From Paragordius varius (taxonomy: Eukaryota > Animalia > Nematomorpha): a stretch of 64,000 nucleotides of DNA. Under the pieces are notes generated by a model, which saw nothing but the letters and a program-made list of their open reading frames with translations, was not told the DNA's origin and did not search any database. Positions 1 to 12,573 of this stretch are shown here, in pieces. The DNA is taken from the NCBI GenBank assembly GCA_964247055.1, contig OZ176057.1, forward strand, positions 3,968,001-4,032,000, written 5' to 3'. Numbering within the stretch: the first letter of the stretch is position 1; every line of letters begins with the position of its first letter. The position numbers and the translations under genes were made by a program.

Positions 1-722
1 GAGCGTTAAGACTGTTTGAATTATTTAAATTTGCACCGCCGGTCACCAATGGCATAGGTGGCGGAATCCCGGGTGGAAGATGATTAAATGAATTTTGATA
101 CATATTGCCTGGAAAAAAATATATATATTTCAGTTCCAGCAACGAAAAAAACACCAAAATTAACGTTATTAAATTTAATGTTGTAAAAAAAATAACGGCA
201 AGCAAGTTTAAGATGATGTTTACATCGAATTCCCGAAACATGCGCCTAGAAAACTAAACTGGGCATATTTTACTAAACCGAAATTAAATAAATACGTTCG
301 TTTAAAGACACATTATTCAAATTTTAAGTTGAATAAATGATTATACCTTGTTGCTGTCCTGTTCCGCCGGCACCAACGAGCGGTAATCCCGGTGGCGGCG
401 GTGGAGGCAAAAGCGGGTGATGGGGACCTCCTCCCTGTCCCTGTTGATGTGGTTGTTGGGATGAAGATGCTCCTGAATGATGATGAGGGTGATACTTCAA
501 ATGGGGCGGAGGCATGCCCATAGGGTGGAATGGGGGCGGCACACACGGTGGTGGAATCATATGGTGATGGGGATGGTGGTGGTGATAAGGAGGAAGCGGC
601 ATGGGTGGATGATGGGGTAAAATCCCACCCGTCGCACCACCGGTTTGAGAAGATGCCGCTGCCGCCGATGATGTATTGGCATTGTTGGAAGATGGTGGTA
701 GGGGGGCTACTAAAGGCCACAT
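1..722 (-). CDS. 5' exons of a Pro/His/Gly-rich protein gene: exon 1 347-722, exon 2 <1-108; continues beyond the window
   Basis: ATG at 722 opens MWPLVAPLPP...PPPPPPGLPLVGAGGTGQQQ. Donor CAAG|GTATAA at 346-345 (phase 1) and acceptor TTTTTTCCAG at 110-109 continue in frame (GNMYQNSFNHLPPGIPPPMPLVTGG...). GC is far above background. No folded domain is visible, so it is left unnamed. Confidence 0.8.
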
Positions 723-2585
723 TTCAATATATTTCCCAAGAAAAAAAGTTTATCTTAAAAAGAATTAAATGCTGAATGAAGAAAGACTAATGTTTGCGTA
801 TTTGTGTGTGTGTGATAGAATAAGTTTATAAACGAGAGATGCTAATTATTATTGCAAACATAAAAGAGTTGTTAGTTGTCAATGATACTCTGAGAAATTT
901 TTTGGTTTCACGGCTATTATAACTAAGAAGTATCATCCATTATATGATGGCCAGGAAAAAATGCAACCAAGGGTAACCGGAATCTATGTAATATACTTTA
1001 ATGAGAATGATAATAAAATGCAGCTTTCACTTAATAATTGAGATATTTGAAGAGTACAAGACCAAACTAAATGTTTAAATTTTGAGCCATATACTATATT
1101 TGGTGGGTATTAATAAGGAACCAGAATATTTATGTGAGATGGTGGGTTCCGTCTTGTTTGGTAAATTTATTGATATAAACCGCTACAGATGTCGTTAAAG
1201 ATAGAATGAGAATATCCGATTATATTTTGAGGAGCTGGGATGTAAAGAAAAATTATAATAATTTTGAATAGATATGGACTTTGGATTCAGGAATATGTTA
1301 AATAGGTAACTCTGTATTGAAAACCAATAATGTAAATCGCAAAATCCACACGATTTATGAGCAATTGGGTATTATATCAATAGGTGAAGCAAGATAAGAT
1401 TTGATATTTTTTAGAATTTTTTAATATAAAGAAATAATTAAGTGCATTAAAGAACTTGATCCCTGTGCTAAATTGGAGAGAATATGGAATCAGAATATAT
1501 TAATTTTTATATATAACAAGATACTTCGAATATGTTATAAAAACTTGGGGATAAGGTATAAATATAATGGATATTATAGAATATTTTAAATATACCAAAT
1601 ATATGTTGGTTTAGAATGCACATAAAATGATAAAAACACAGTAAAAGCTTTAAAATGAGAATTAAAATGTCGGATCTATCTCAGTAAATCAATTGAATGA
1701 ATGTATGCACATAACGTCTATGTATAAAAAAAAACTAGTTTATGCGTAGAAAAAATACTAATGTTTTACACTCTGTTATATAACTTTTTGTATAATAAAA
1801 ATATAATTTTTTTTATTTTATTATAAATATTGGACAAGATTATATTTTCAATAAAGTAACAGAAAATAATATAAAATGTATGAAATATCGATTTTTTTAC
1901 ACGCCAAATATAGGCTACATTGGTTATATAATATATTTTATAGTATATGAATAATAATATTTCTCCTTGAAAAAAAACAACAAATAATAATGATATATAC
2001 ATAAAAATTAGTTGAACACAATTTGTAAGTGAGATGCAAAAAAGGTATTTGCCTATTTTTTTACCTTTTTACCTTCTTTTGTTGTGCACATTTTTTTGTT
2101 ACCTGAGTTAACTTTTATTACTTGTTGGTGTGTTGATAAACAAAACAAATATGAGGGATAAATTTTATAGTAGTAAAACAGTTTTTATTTTATGCAAATT
2201 TTATATTTTCCTTTAATAAAAAATGCAGTAAGTATGCAAATTTAACGATATATCTCTGCCTATTTACAGGAAAATATTTAATCTTTACACATTTAAAAGC
2301 ATTGATATATGAATTTTATGGCAAAGCATATGCGAAAATATTATTAATATAATTTTAACAGGTATCCTTTAATTTAAACAACCGCACACCACCCCTCACA
2401 CAAAATAGAATTTTTTAAAAGATGTTGGTTTAAAACTGCACTGAAAACGTGAACTTAAGCAATTTTTCAGATAACGCGTAGCCCTATTAGAAAAAAAATT
2501 TCATAACATCGAGAGTACATAAGTTATTGTTTGAAGAACCCGTTCAACTCCGCATGTAAAAATGAAGTTTTCGATAAAATATATT

Positions 2586-4390
2586 GACTGATGTGAATTT
2601 AAGTCAGTAAGATAGTAAGACGGTAAGACAGAAAGATAGTAAGACGGTAAGACAGTAAGATAGTAAGACGGTAAGACAGTAAGATAGTAAGACAGTAAGC
2701 ATAAGACAGTAAGATATTTGTATAAAAAACATACTTCGTGATAAGTCTGCTAATAAGAGACTTATCAAAATTTCAAAGTATTATAACTTGAAAAATATTG
2801 CATCTTTTTGAACTCTGTAAACTGGAGGATTGAAAGTCAGGTATCCTTTACAAATAATATATAGGGTTGAGTGAAAATGCGTAATTCTTTCGACACGAAA
2901 CTGAGTTTACTAAACACCTTCAAAAATTGTATAAATCTTAAAAAATATATAAAAAATCTTGGGTATTATAGAAGAAAATGGCATCTATACCATTGTTTCT
3001 TATTTGATAAATATTTTTTTTATATTTTTACAGTTTTAACAATTTTTTTTAAAAAAATTGTACTTCATGGTTCTGACAACAACAAAAATAAATATAGCTA
3101 AATATTATTATAATAAATTTGAATTTTGTATTCTAAAATCAGCTTTTAACCCGATAATAACCATTTTCCCCTAAAATTTTACATGCAGAACGATATCAGA
3201 TCCAGGGAAGTTTTGGTGGAATTACTTGAAAAGTAAATTATTAATAAATAATTAAAATTTTTTTAGATCATCCCTTCCATATTTTCCAGACAATAAGTAT
3301 ATTTTTATAATAATTATTTAGTCAGTTAACAAACGAATCGTCCTCAGTCGCTACTTATAATAATATACAGTAATACATATTGTGATGTTTAGATTACAGA
3401 CTACTAAATTTATTTAAGGATAAAATTTTTTGGGTATCTGTATATTAATTAATAATATTAAACCAAACGTATAAAAATTATTGCCTTGATTTTTATGACC
3501 TTGTATTTCGCTACTGGATGAATATTCAAGTAATGAGTATAATTTTTTTTCATATTCCAGAAAAATAGGTGGCTTTTTGTTTCCAGTTTGTTTCATTTTT
3601 TGCAACTTCTTTTTAATCGTATATTTAATATTAGTAAACATCTTCTGTAACTGTTTTAAGTTCTGGCCATCATTAACTTTTGTTATATATTCACTAAACA
3701 ATAAATCCCATTGATCTTTGTGCATAACTAAACTGTTGGATTTTCTAGAATATAATATTGGAAATCTATATATTTATTAATAATTTACTTTTCAAGTAAT
3801 TCCACCAAAACTTCCCTGGATCTGATATCGTTCTGCATGTAAAATTTTAGGGGAAAACGGTTATTATCGGGTTAAAAGCTGATTTTAGAATGCAAAATTC
3901 AAATTTATTATAATAATATTTAGCTATATTTATTTTTGTTGTTGTCAGAACCATGAAGTACAATTTTTTTAAAAAAAATTGTTAAAACTGTAAAAATATA
4001 AAAAAAATATTTACCAAATAAGAAACAATGGTATAGATGCCATTTTCTTCTATAATACCCAAGATTTTTTATATATTTTTTAAGATTTATACAATTTTTG
4101 GAAATGTTTAGTAAACTCAGTTTCGTGTCGAAAGAATTACGCATTTTCACTCAACCCTATATATTATTTGTAAAGGATACCTGACTTTCAATCCTCCAGT
4201 TTACAGAATTCAAAAAGATGCAATATTTTTCAAGTTATAATACTTTGAAATTTTGATAAGTCTCCTATTAGCAGACTTATCACGAATGTATGTTTTTTAT
4301 ACAAATATCTTACTGTCTTACTATCTTACTGTCTTACCGTCTTACTATCTTACCGTCTTACTATCTTACTGACTTAAATTCACATCAGTC
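2586..4390. mobile_element. Foldback/non-autonomous PIF-Harbinger-like DNA transposon with ~620-665 bp TIRs
   Basis: Near-perfect inverted arms 2586-3250 and 3771-4390 start GACTGATGTG and carry 9-bp GTAAGA(C/T)(A/G)G subrepeats. ATT flanks both ends (2583-85, 4391-93), consistent with a 3-bp TSD. The spacer holds a Myb/SANT-like exon. Confidence 0.8.
3414..3744 (-). pseudogene. Myb/SANT-like (MSANTD/Myb_DNA-bind_5-type) DNA-binding domain exon inside the foldback element
   Basis: KSNSLVMHKDQWDLLFSEY...QNLKQLQKMFTNIKYTIKKKLQKMKQTGNKKPPIFLEYEKKLYSLL matches the W..I...QL.K.W.NLK..K...TG pattern of Harbinger ORF1 proteins. A TTCTAG acceptor lies at 3746-45. No transposase ORF is present. Confidence 0.6.
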
Positions 4391-4499
4391 ATTGTCTTTT
4401 AAGCAATTTCTCGCCAAAAACATAAAAGAACATATTTATTAAATGTTGCTACTAATTATTTGTCATATGTAGAAGAATAAAGGTATGTTTTTTTGAAAA

Positions 4500-5130
4500 A
4501 GACCGATGCTTAACCCGGATAAATACGCCAATCTATACAATAAACGTGGCTTAGTAGCCATTTTTATAATACTTTTTGAGATATATATGAATTAAATATA
4601 AATTTTTTGTTTAAATGTCAAAATTTTATTGGCGCAAGATTTTATATCGGCATTAGAAGCTTAACCATAGATTAATCAACATTTTTATAAGCATTCAAAA
4701 GGGTCTATGGATATTTTTGATATGTCAGGTATCATTTATATATCGACAGCTATGATACATAATCATTTTATGGATAAAAATTTTGTGTCAGCCTTTAACC
4801 GTCTTAGCGTGGCATTAATATTTATGCCGGACTATCGGTTTATGTTTACGGTTATTTAGATATTATCCTAGATAACGCCTGCTATGATACCAAGATTTCA
4901 TTGAAGGTAACGGAAGGCTGGGGGACATTCACTTAATACTTAATACAACTCTAGAAGAGGACATTGAATACAGGTTATTTTAGATTTAACTATGGGCGAC
5001 CCACGTTACATATTCCCAACAACCATATCCTGGGAAAACAATCATAAATTATTCAAGGTATATCAAGTAAAAAGTGTAGCAGACCCACGTCGCTACTCTT
5101 CTTATAAAAAGTCCGGTCTATCCCAATGAA
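4500..5130 (+). pseudogene. Possible degenerate ABCA-type transporter transmembrane fragment
   Basis: Stop- and frameshift-broken pieces (LVAIFIILFEIY; FLFK...FYIGIRSLTI; FVSAFNRLSVALIFMPDYRF; IFPTTISWE) loosely resemble ABCA TM segments. Judged by eye only. Confidence 0.2.
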
Positions 5131-6848
5131 TAATGTGTCAGTAACAGCCGCTTTGTTGGATATGTTTAAGACATGTATGAGATTCAATGTTATTAGCAAT
5201 GTTATGATAAGAAAAAATAATTGAATTATTTATTATAGATTCCACTAAGTTGATTGTAGTCCAATAGTAATGAAGTGAAATATCTAATCCAGTTTCGTTT
5301 TCAATTAATGTCATATTTTAAACATTAAACTCGATTTTAGAACATAGATTCCAACCACTAATTATTTTTTAAAAATTGTTTAGAATCAGATATACCTCCG
5401 GTTTACCTATTGTATAATAGTCACGGTAAATTTCAAAAAAAGTAGTTAATCCATTTTATCTGGAGTATAGCACATCCTATGGCCTCATCCTCGTATTACT
5501 ATACTTATTGGACCGATGTTAACATACTTGAAACTATAATGATAGTCATTTTCTATCATAAGCTTATTATACCATTAAATTTATGACTATGGTTTTCTAA
5601 ACAAATTAATGAGTAACAGGTCGACAAAATTTTCTTGCGGCCCACACAATCACGAGTAATTTTTTTTTATAAAATTGACAAATTTTCAGTTTGAGCTGAT
5701 ATTTACAAATGTTGCTACTGCAAATAATGATGGAAATACAGTATTTGTAAATTTATGAATTTTTTTTACATATCTCTTGATTCTGACTTTTTCCTTAAAA
5801 CTATAGTGAATCAATTTTACTATATCAATTTAATAACAATTTTAGTTATGCATACGTTACAATATCATGCTGGTTATAAAGAATAAAGAAATTTTGGCGA
5901 TAAATTCTAGAAAAATACGATATTTCGCTAAAAAGGTGCAAAAATGGCGTTTTATTTCAAAGCTAATTTTTTAGATAATTTAGTTTATTATTATTTTATA
6001 AAGGTATAAGCACAAAGTTAAATAGAGACCCCCATTTTTAGTTCGTTAATTGATTATTAAGCACATTGTATGTAAGTTTTTCTTAGTTTTTTTTATTAAT
6101 TTGGATGAATTGTAGAATCTTAGGACAGAATCCTACTTTAAAAGGATTTATAAATATACCATTTTCTTTTTTGTATTCCATATAAAATGTTCACTGAAAA
6201 TGTATTAATTGATATTTAAAATTAATTTTCTCAATCGTTGTAAACCTTTATATTAAATAGTTAAATCATTATATTAATTTTGATCCATACTTGGGCATAG
6301 AAGTTAAATAGGTATTTTGCTACTCTGTCTATTGCCATAAGAGTAATCCCCCTCATACCCCATTTTGAAAAAAATATATAGCCAATTATTTATACCAAGG
6401 CACCTTTATAAATATACATTTTATAATATTTAAAATGAAATAATGGATTTTTAATTCAGCAATAATTTAATTTATTTAAAGCAAGAATTTTCGATTATTG
6501 CAAGTAATCTTGCTGAATGTTAAAATAAATTTTTAAACTGAAATATATTTAAACAAATGTAATTAAAAATAAAATTTATAAGTGGTTTTTTAATCATTTA
6601 TTGACACATGCTAAAAAATCATATCAGTATCTAAAGCTAACTTTGAATGATCTAAAAGAATAAAAAAATCGGAAAATGATAATCACAATAAGTTAATTAT
6701 TTTATAGGCCCGGCTTATTTTGAAAGCTTTTTAATATTCTTACCATTTCCCCATTTCAAATTATTTTTTCCAACATATCACCTTCATATAATATATTAGC
6801 TGGGTCTGTCATGCTTTGTGACGTAGTCTCACCGATAATTATTCTTAA

Positions 6849-7391
6849 CACTTGGATACAACACACTCATTTTAGTCCTTCGATTCAAATTGGGGTAGTT
6901 GGATACCCCAGGCCAATTCAAAATTTAATTTTTTAAAAAATATAGAAGGAATCGAAACCATGGCAAAATTTTGCACTTATCTAACATTAATAAACCGTAT
7001 ATAAAAAATTTTATTCAAAAATACTTGATATTACTTATTTTAAGCTAAAACCGAAAGGTATTAATTTCGTCAACGTGACATGTGTCAAATTGTAAAATTA
7101 AAAAATTTTACAAACTAAACCGCTTTTTCTATTTCTATCGATGTTAGATGTAATTTATATAAAAAATTAGCTTTATTTTTACCCTTAAAATTAAAAAAAG
7201 ACGATATTTTGCAAAGATTTTGTAAAATAAAAATGGCGTCGAAGTAGTTTGAGATGGAGCTTTTTTTTTCAAAACAAAATTTTATCAAGATATTTTGGCA
7301 TATTTATATATTATTTATCAGGATAGAAGCATAAATTTAAATTGGGACCGTTTCCTTGGGGTATTTAGATACCCCAATTTGAATCGAAGTG
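6849..7391 (+). mobile_element. piggyBac-like MITE (TTAA TSD)
   Basis: TTAA|CACTT...AAGTG|TTAA, with asymmetric subterminal inverted repeat CTTCGATTCAAATTGGGGTA. Homologous to 9787-10266, 40522-41091 and 12574-14695. Confidence 0.8.
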
Positions 7392-7649
7392 TTAATAATT
7401 TGCAATAAATAGAGGTCATGGTGATAAAAAATAAAAAACATATTTAAGAAAAGAATGTATTTAGTTATTCTTTTACGGGTTTTAGCATAGGCTTAATTAT
7501 TGTCTGCTAGAAATTGACCATATTTAAACTGTCCCTTATTAAAGTTAAATTCAACTATCATTGGATATATTTTGAGATTTTCGTTTTACGAAACCATGTT
7601 TAAAAGTTTTATTTTGATACTGTGTTTCCACAGCTGGGATCAAGTCATT

Positions 7650-9669
7650 ATATTCCTTAGGAAAGAATGATATTATACAAATTACCCAGAAATGTGTTTA
7701 ACGGAACTCGTATGGCTCCTTAAGTTTTCGAAGCTTAGCTCCGAAACCACGCCATTTTCGTATAGCGTCTCAGTTTTAAACAGGTAGACCCCCACCCATA
7801 GACCCATATGGAAAAAGCGAGGGCAAATATAAAAATACCTCAATACTAAATAATAGCTATATAATGGCGTATTTTTAGGGCATAAAGGCCCCAAATTAAC
7901 GGCTAATAAAAAACGCCTGACCTTAATTTTTACCTAGTTACGGGTAATATTTCAAGCTTTTAATGATCTCATATGGGTTCATAAATTTTCTGTAAATAAG
8001 GTCCAAAACAACGGAATTTCCATATAGTGGCTCAGTTTTTGGCGGACAGCTCCTACTTAGGGGTAGGTATAAAAAAAGCGTTGGGCAAAATTTTTGCCTC
8101 TATATGGGGAATATCTGGAATTATCATGAAATCCATATGTTTTTATTAGTCTCAATGGTTTCTAAAATTTGCCTCCAAAGGCATGCTGTATCGATATGAT
8201 GACGCAGTTTTACGCGATTAGCCCTCTAACCAGGGGCGAAACAAAAAAGGCTCGATTAAAATTTTTGCCTTAATACGGGTACTACCTGGAATCATGATTG
8301 ATTCCATATGACGTGGGATTTCCAAAAAATTGCCTCAAAACCAAAAAGTCATTCTATGGTGGCGCTTTTTTAGGAGGGCCTAATTAAGGTGTATGTTAAT
8401 AAAACAGCTTTACTTAAACTTTTGCCTTTTTACGAGTAATATTTCGGGCCCTTATTGTACTCATATGGCCCGATAAGTTTTCTAAAATTTGCCTCCAAAG
8501 ACACGATGTATCGATATGGTGGCGCAGTTATGGGCGGGTAGCCGCCTACCTAGAGGCCAATATAAAAAAGACGGTAGATAAATTTGTTTGGCTTTCATAG
8601 GGGAATATCTGGAATCATTCATTCCATATGTTATTAATAATTTTGGAAGAATGGCTTCAAAACTAAATAATAGTTCAATAATAGCGCTTTTTAGGGCTTA
8701 AGGGCTTAATTAACCATTTAAATAACCGCTCGACTTAAATTTTGGCATTTTTACGGGTATTTCAGGACCTTATTAAATTATATGGCCTGGAAAATTTTCT
8801 GAAAATTAACTCCCAATCAACGCAATTTCGATATGGTGGCGCAGTTTTAGGCTGATAGCTCCCTACCCAAAGATTGATACAAAAAAGGCGCTTGATAAAA
8901 AATTTCGCCTTTTTACGAAGAATACCCGGAATCATGATTGATTCCATAGCTGTCATTAGTTTTTGGAAAAATTGCCTCAAAACTAAAAAATCATTCTATG
9001 GTGACTTTTTCAGGGCGTGAAGGGCCTAATTAACGGCTAATTTTAAAAAACCGCATGACCCAAATTTTTGCCTTGTTACGGGTATTATTTTAAACAGCTT
9101 TTAAACTCATATGGCCTAGATTTTCCGAAATATAACCCCAAATGAACGCTATTTGGATATGTCAGTTTTTCGCTGGTATCCTCTTACCCGGCAGCCAATA
9201 TATAAGAAAAGCTGGACTAACATTTTTGCCTTTTGGGAATACAGTAAATTTTTACGGTCTAATACCTTGGTCGAAAAATAGATTCAAAATCATTTTTGGA
9301 AACTTAATTTTTTTGAAAAAAATGGCACTTTACGGGGGGAGCGGGGAAAAAGAGGGCCTAAATTAAAAAAGCAAGCCGACTATTTTCAGCGCAATCGGCA
9401 AAAATTAAAAATCATATTTGAAATCGAATGGTCCAACTTGTTTTCGGGAAAATTGTCTCAAAGACAGATTTTTGTGGACTTGTGTTTTCAAAAAAACTTT
9501 TTTTACACGGGGCGGGCCCGAACCCGGGGCCTAATTCAAAAAAGGGCGAAGCTATTGTCGGGGCATTCATTAATGATTATATATTTTCGACATTTGGATT
9601 TGAATGGGTTTACCGGTTTTCCGAAAACAGATAGCAAAGCCAGCATTTTTATTTTTATAAATATATAGA
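7650..9669 (-). mobile_element. Non-autonomous Helitron, long form with internal tandem array
   Basis: 5' end A|TCTATATATTTATAAAA at 9669. Colinear with 51459-53438 and shares its 5' part with 47594-48239 and 62556-63070. The 3' CTAG end was not found. Confidence 0.7.
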
Positions 9670-9786
9670 TAGATTACTAAATGATATTTTCTAAAACAAG
9701 TTTATACTCTATCATTAATTTCTTTACACAGATAATCGAGAATATGTCTACTATTTTTCAAACGGGTGTTTATATGGTATTTTTAA

Positions 9787-10266
9787 CACTTAGATACAGC
9801 ACATTCATTTCAGTCATTCGATCCAAATTGGGGTAGTTGGATACCCCAGGTCTGTTTAAAATTAAATCCTTGAAAAAATAGGTAAATAATTGAAACCATG
9901 GCAAAAGTTTGCACTAATATAACATTAATGAACCGAAATATATAAAAATTACTCAAAAATACTTGATAGAACATGACATGTGTCCATTATCTTTATTTAA
10001 TATTACAAAATAAACCATTTTTTCTATTCTATCAATATTACATTATATAAATAAAAATTATATAAACATGATATTTTGCAAAAATGTTGTAAAATAAAAA
10101 TGGATTCGAAGTAGTTTGATCTGGTAAATATTAAGACATTTCGGCTTATTTATTTAATATATATTAGGATAGAAACATAAATTTAAATTGGGACCCTTTC
10201 TTTCAATAGTAAAAATACCAACTTATATGTCTGGGGCATTTAGGTACCCCAATTTGAATGGCAGTG
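9787..10266 (+). mobile_element. piggyBac-like MITE, diverged copy
   Basis: TTAA|CACTTAGATAC...GCAGTG|TTAA; same family as 6849-7391. Confidence 0.75.
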
Positions 10267-11574
10267 TTAAGTACTTAATGTCAACTGATATAATTTTGAT
10301 TATATAAACTGAGTACAAAATCGAGTTTTTAAAAAATATCCTGAGATGTTTGTATTTTGCTAAGAAAATGTATCAGGATTATATTTTTAAGCAAAATATA
10401 TTTTTTTTGACAGAAACATTGATGTTAAGATTAAGCATTTATATTTTTGCGATATCTCAGCATTTTTGTGCTTATTTTAACAGGCCGAGCCCTTTAGAAG
10501 AGTGACAAAATTTGGGACTTTTGAAGCCAGCATCTAACAATTAAAATTTAATAAAAATAATTTTTTACTTTTTATAGGTAGTTTATGATATATTTTTGTG
10601 ATATTTTTTGGTATGAAGCATTTAGCTTTTATTTAAAAAGATTTATTACAAAAAGTGCTCAAATTGACCTTTTCTGATGTGGAGCATTTACCTTAAAAGT
10701 GTAAACATCTTTCTTATATCACTTATAAGGGCCAAAACCAAAAGCGGCACGACAATCCTGATATTTCCCTATCACAATATTTATATATACATATATATTA
10801 TCATCAGGTTATTTTTCATAACCGATTTTGCGGATAGTTCTGCCAATTTATAATTTTATTACATATAACCACGATAGGTTAACTTAAAAAAAACAAGGTT
10901 ACGAAAAGTATGGTTAGGGTTGTAGAAAAGTTGTCTTTATTATTTCTATTTTTACCCTTTTAACGTTATCGTGGATGAGAGGGGAAAACGTGTTATTGGT
11001 TTCAAAAGTTTTTGCATTTTCATTATGTTATACTTCATTTCCACCCCATTATCTTTTTGGGTGGAGTCTATGCTAGGTTGATGATATTAGGCTTTAAATA
11101 TGTGTGCGAAATAATGGATTGTGTTAAAAAGGCGTTTTATTCGTATCATTTTTATGGCCTGGTTACTTAACAATTTTAATCTAATTGGTTCCCTTACCCC
11201 AACTTTTCCATAAATATACAGTTAATATATTCTATTAGTAAGGATTAAAACTGCATCAAGAGTTGTGAAAGTGTTAACATTCACATGCCATCGCAGTTTG
11301 AAGTTTAAACTCTAAGCCTCCTCACACAAATGTAATAATCCGCCATTCTCTCTATTACACCATCAAGCCATTCTACCTAAGCCAACTTTTAAAAGATATT
11401 AATTACATAATGTAATGCAATGTCGAAACAAAAGTCTTTGTTTATAAAAATGTTATAGCAGTTATAAATGGCTAAAAATCGGGAGAGTAAAAATATTAAT
11501 TTTTTACCTTCGATATATACAATGTCACAATCTGGGAGCAAGGAAAAATATGTAAATGAAATATATGTATTCTG

Positions 11575-12365
11575 ATAGAAAAATGTATCAGGATTATCAT
11601 GGTGTTTTTGGGTTTGATCAATTAATATAAGAAAGTCATTTACACTTTTGTGCTTAGTGCTCGATAATAGCAAAATTCGAGCAAATTTTTCGTAATAAAT
11701 TTTTTTTGCTGAAAGGTAAATGTACCATTCCAAAAAACATCACTAAGATACATCATATACTCTTTATAAAAAGCAAAACAATTTTTTTTATAATATTTTT
11801 TTAGATGTAAGCTCCAATATTCCAAAATTTTCTTGCCCTTTAACGAGCTAGTTTTTTGAAAATAAACGCAACAATGAATAAATTTTGTAATTAAATTTTT
11901 AAATATATCCTAAATTTTGGCATCAAAAAATATATTTTAAGAAAATGCTTACTTTAAAAAAATTTAATATTTAAGAAATTTTAAGCGTACTTCCTACTAT
12001 TTTTAGGCATAGTGGAAACGGTCAAAAACGCTTTTAGATATTGCTTTTCTATATAATTTGAGGATGCAGAAGATTTCAAGGTGAATTTCCATTTAAAGGT
12101 TTGTTTACATTTAAATATTGGTGAATATTTTAAAAACACAAATTATATTTGACATTTGATCATGCTTAAAAAGAATGAAGTACGCTTCAAAATTTTGTTA
12201 AAAATTTTATTTTTGTAAAAAGTATGCTTTTTTAAAATATTTTTTTTTGATGTCAAAACTTAGTATATATTCAAAATTTTATCACACCACAAAAGTGAAA
12301 ACAACTCTCTTTTATGAGTTGTAAACTATAAACCAAAAGCACCATGAGATTCCTGAGCATTTTTC
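11575..12365. repeat. Palindromic foldback repeat family G
   Basis: Inverted arms (ATGTATCAGGATTATCATGGTG / CACCATGAGATTCCTGAGCAT) surround the core GGCAT(A/G)(G/A)TGGAAACGGT. Related copies lie at ~10300-10750, 43180-43940, 60640-61340 and 61880-62400. Ends are approximate. Confidence 0.55.
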
Positions 12366-12573
12366 TATCAGATAATTTTATGATATTTTTTGAGTAAACT
12401 CTGTATATTAACCAAATTCTTTTGAAATTTAGCCCCAAAAATTTTATATATGATTAATCTCTTTAAAAAACTAAAAACCGGTAAATAAAAATAGTTTTGG
12501 TTAAAATGCTAAATTTACAAAAGCTAAATGCTATATTATAAACTTAGTAAAATTTTAATGATTATCTGGTTAA

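Noticed and set aside
313-775. ORFs 313-720 (-) and 530-775 (+)
   Set aside because: Alternative-frame and antisense shadows of the GC-rich Pro-rich exon.
900-1700. Purine-rich coding-like tract with a frameshifted DP...W..Y (Bub1 TPR-like) and WTLDSG (copia protease-like)
   Set aside because: Stops in all frames, no coherent splice sites, and the motifs are short enough to arise by chance.
2871-4150. Duplicated 76-aa ORFs at 2871-3101 and 3920-4150
   Set aside because: They are the two TIR arms, start with GTG and show no protein features.
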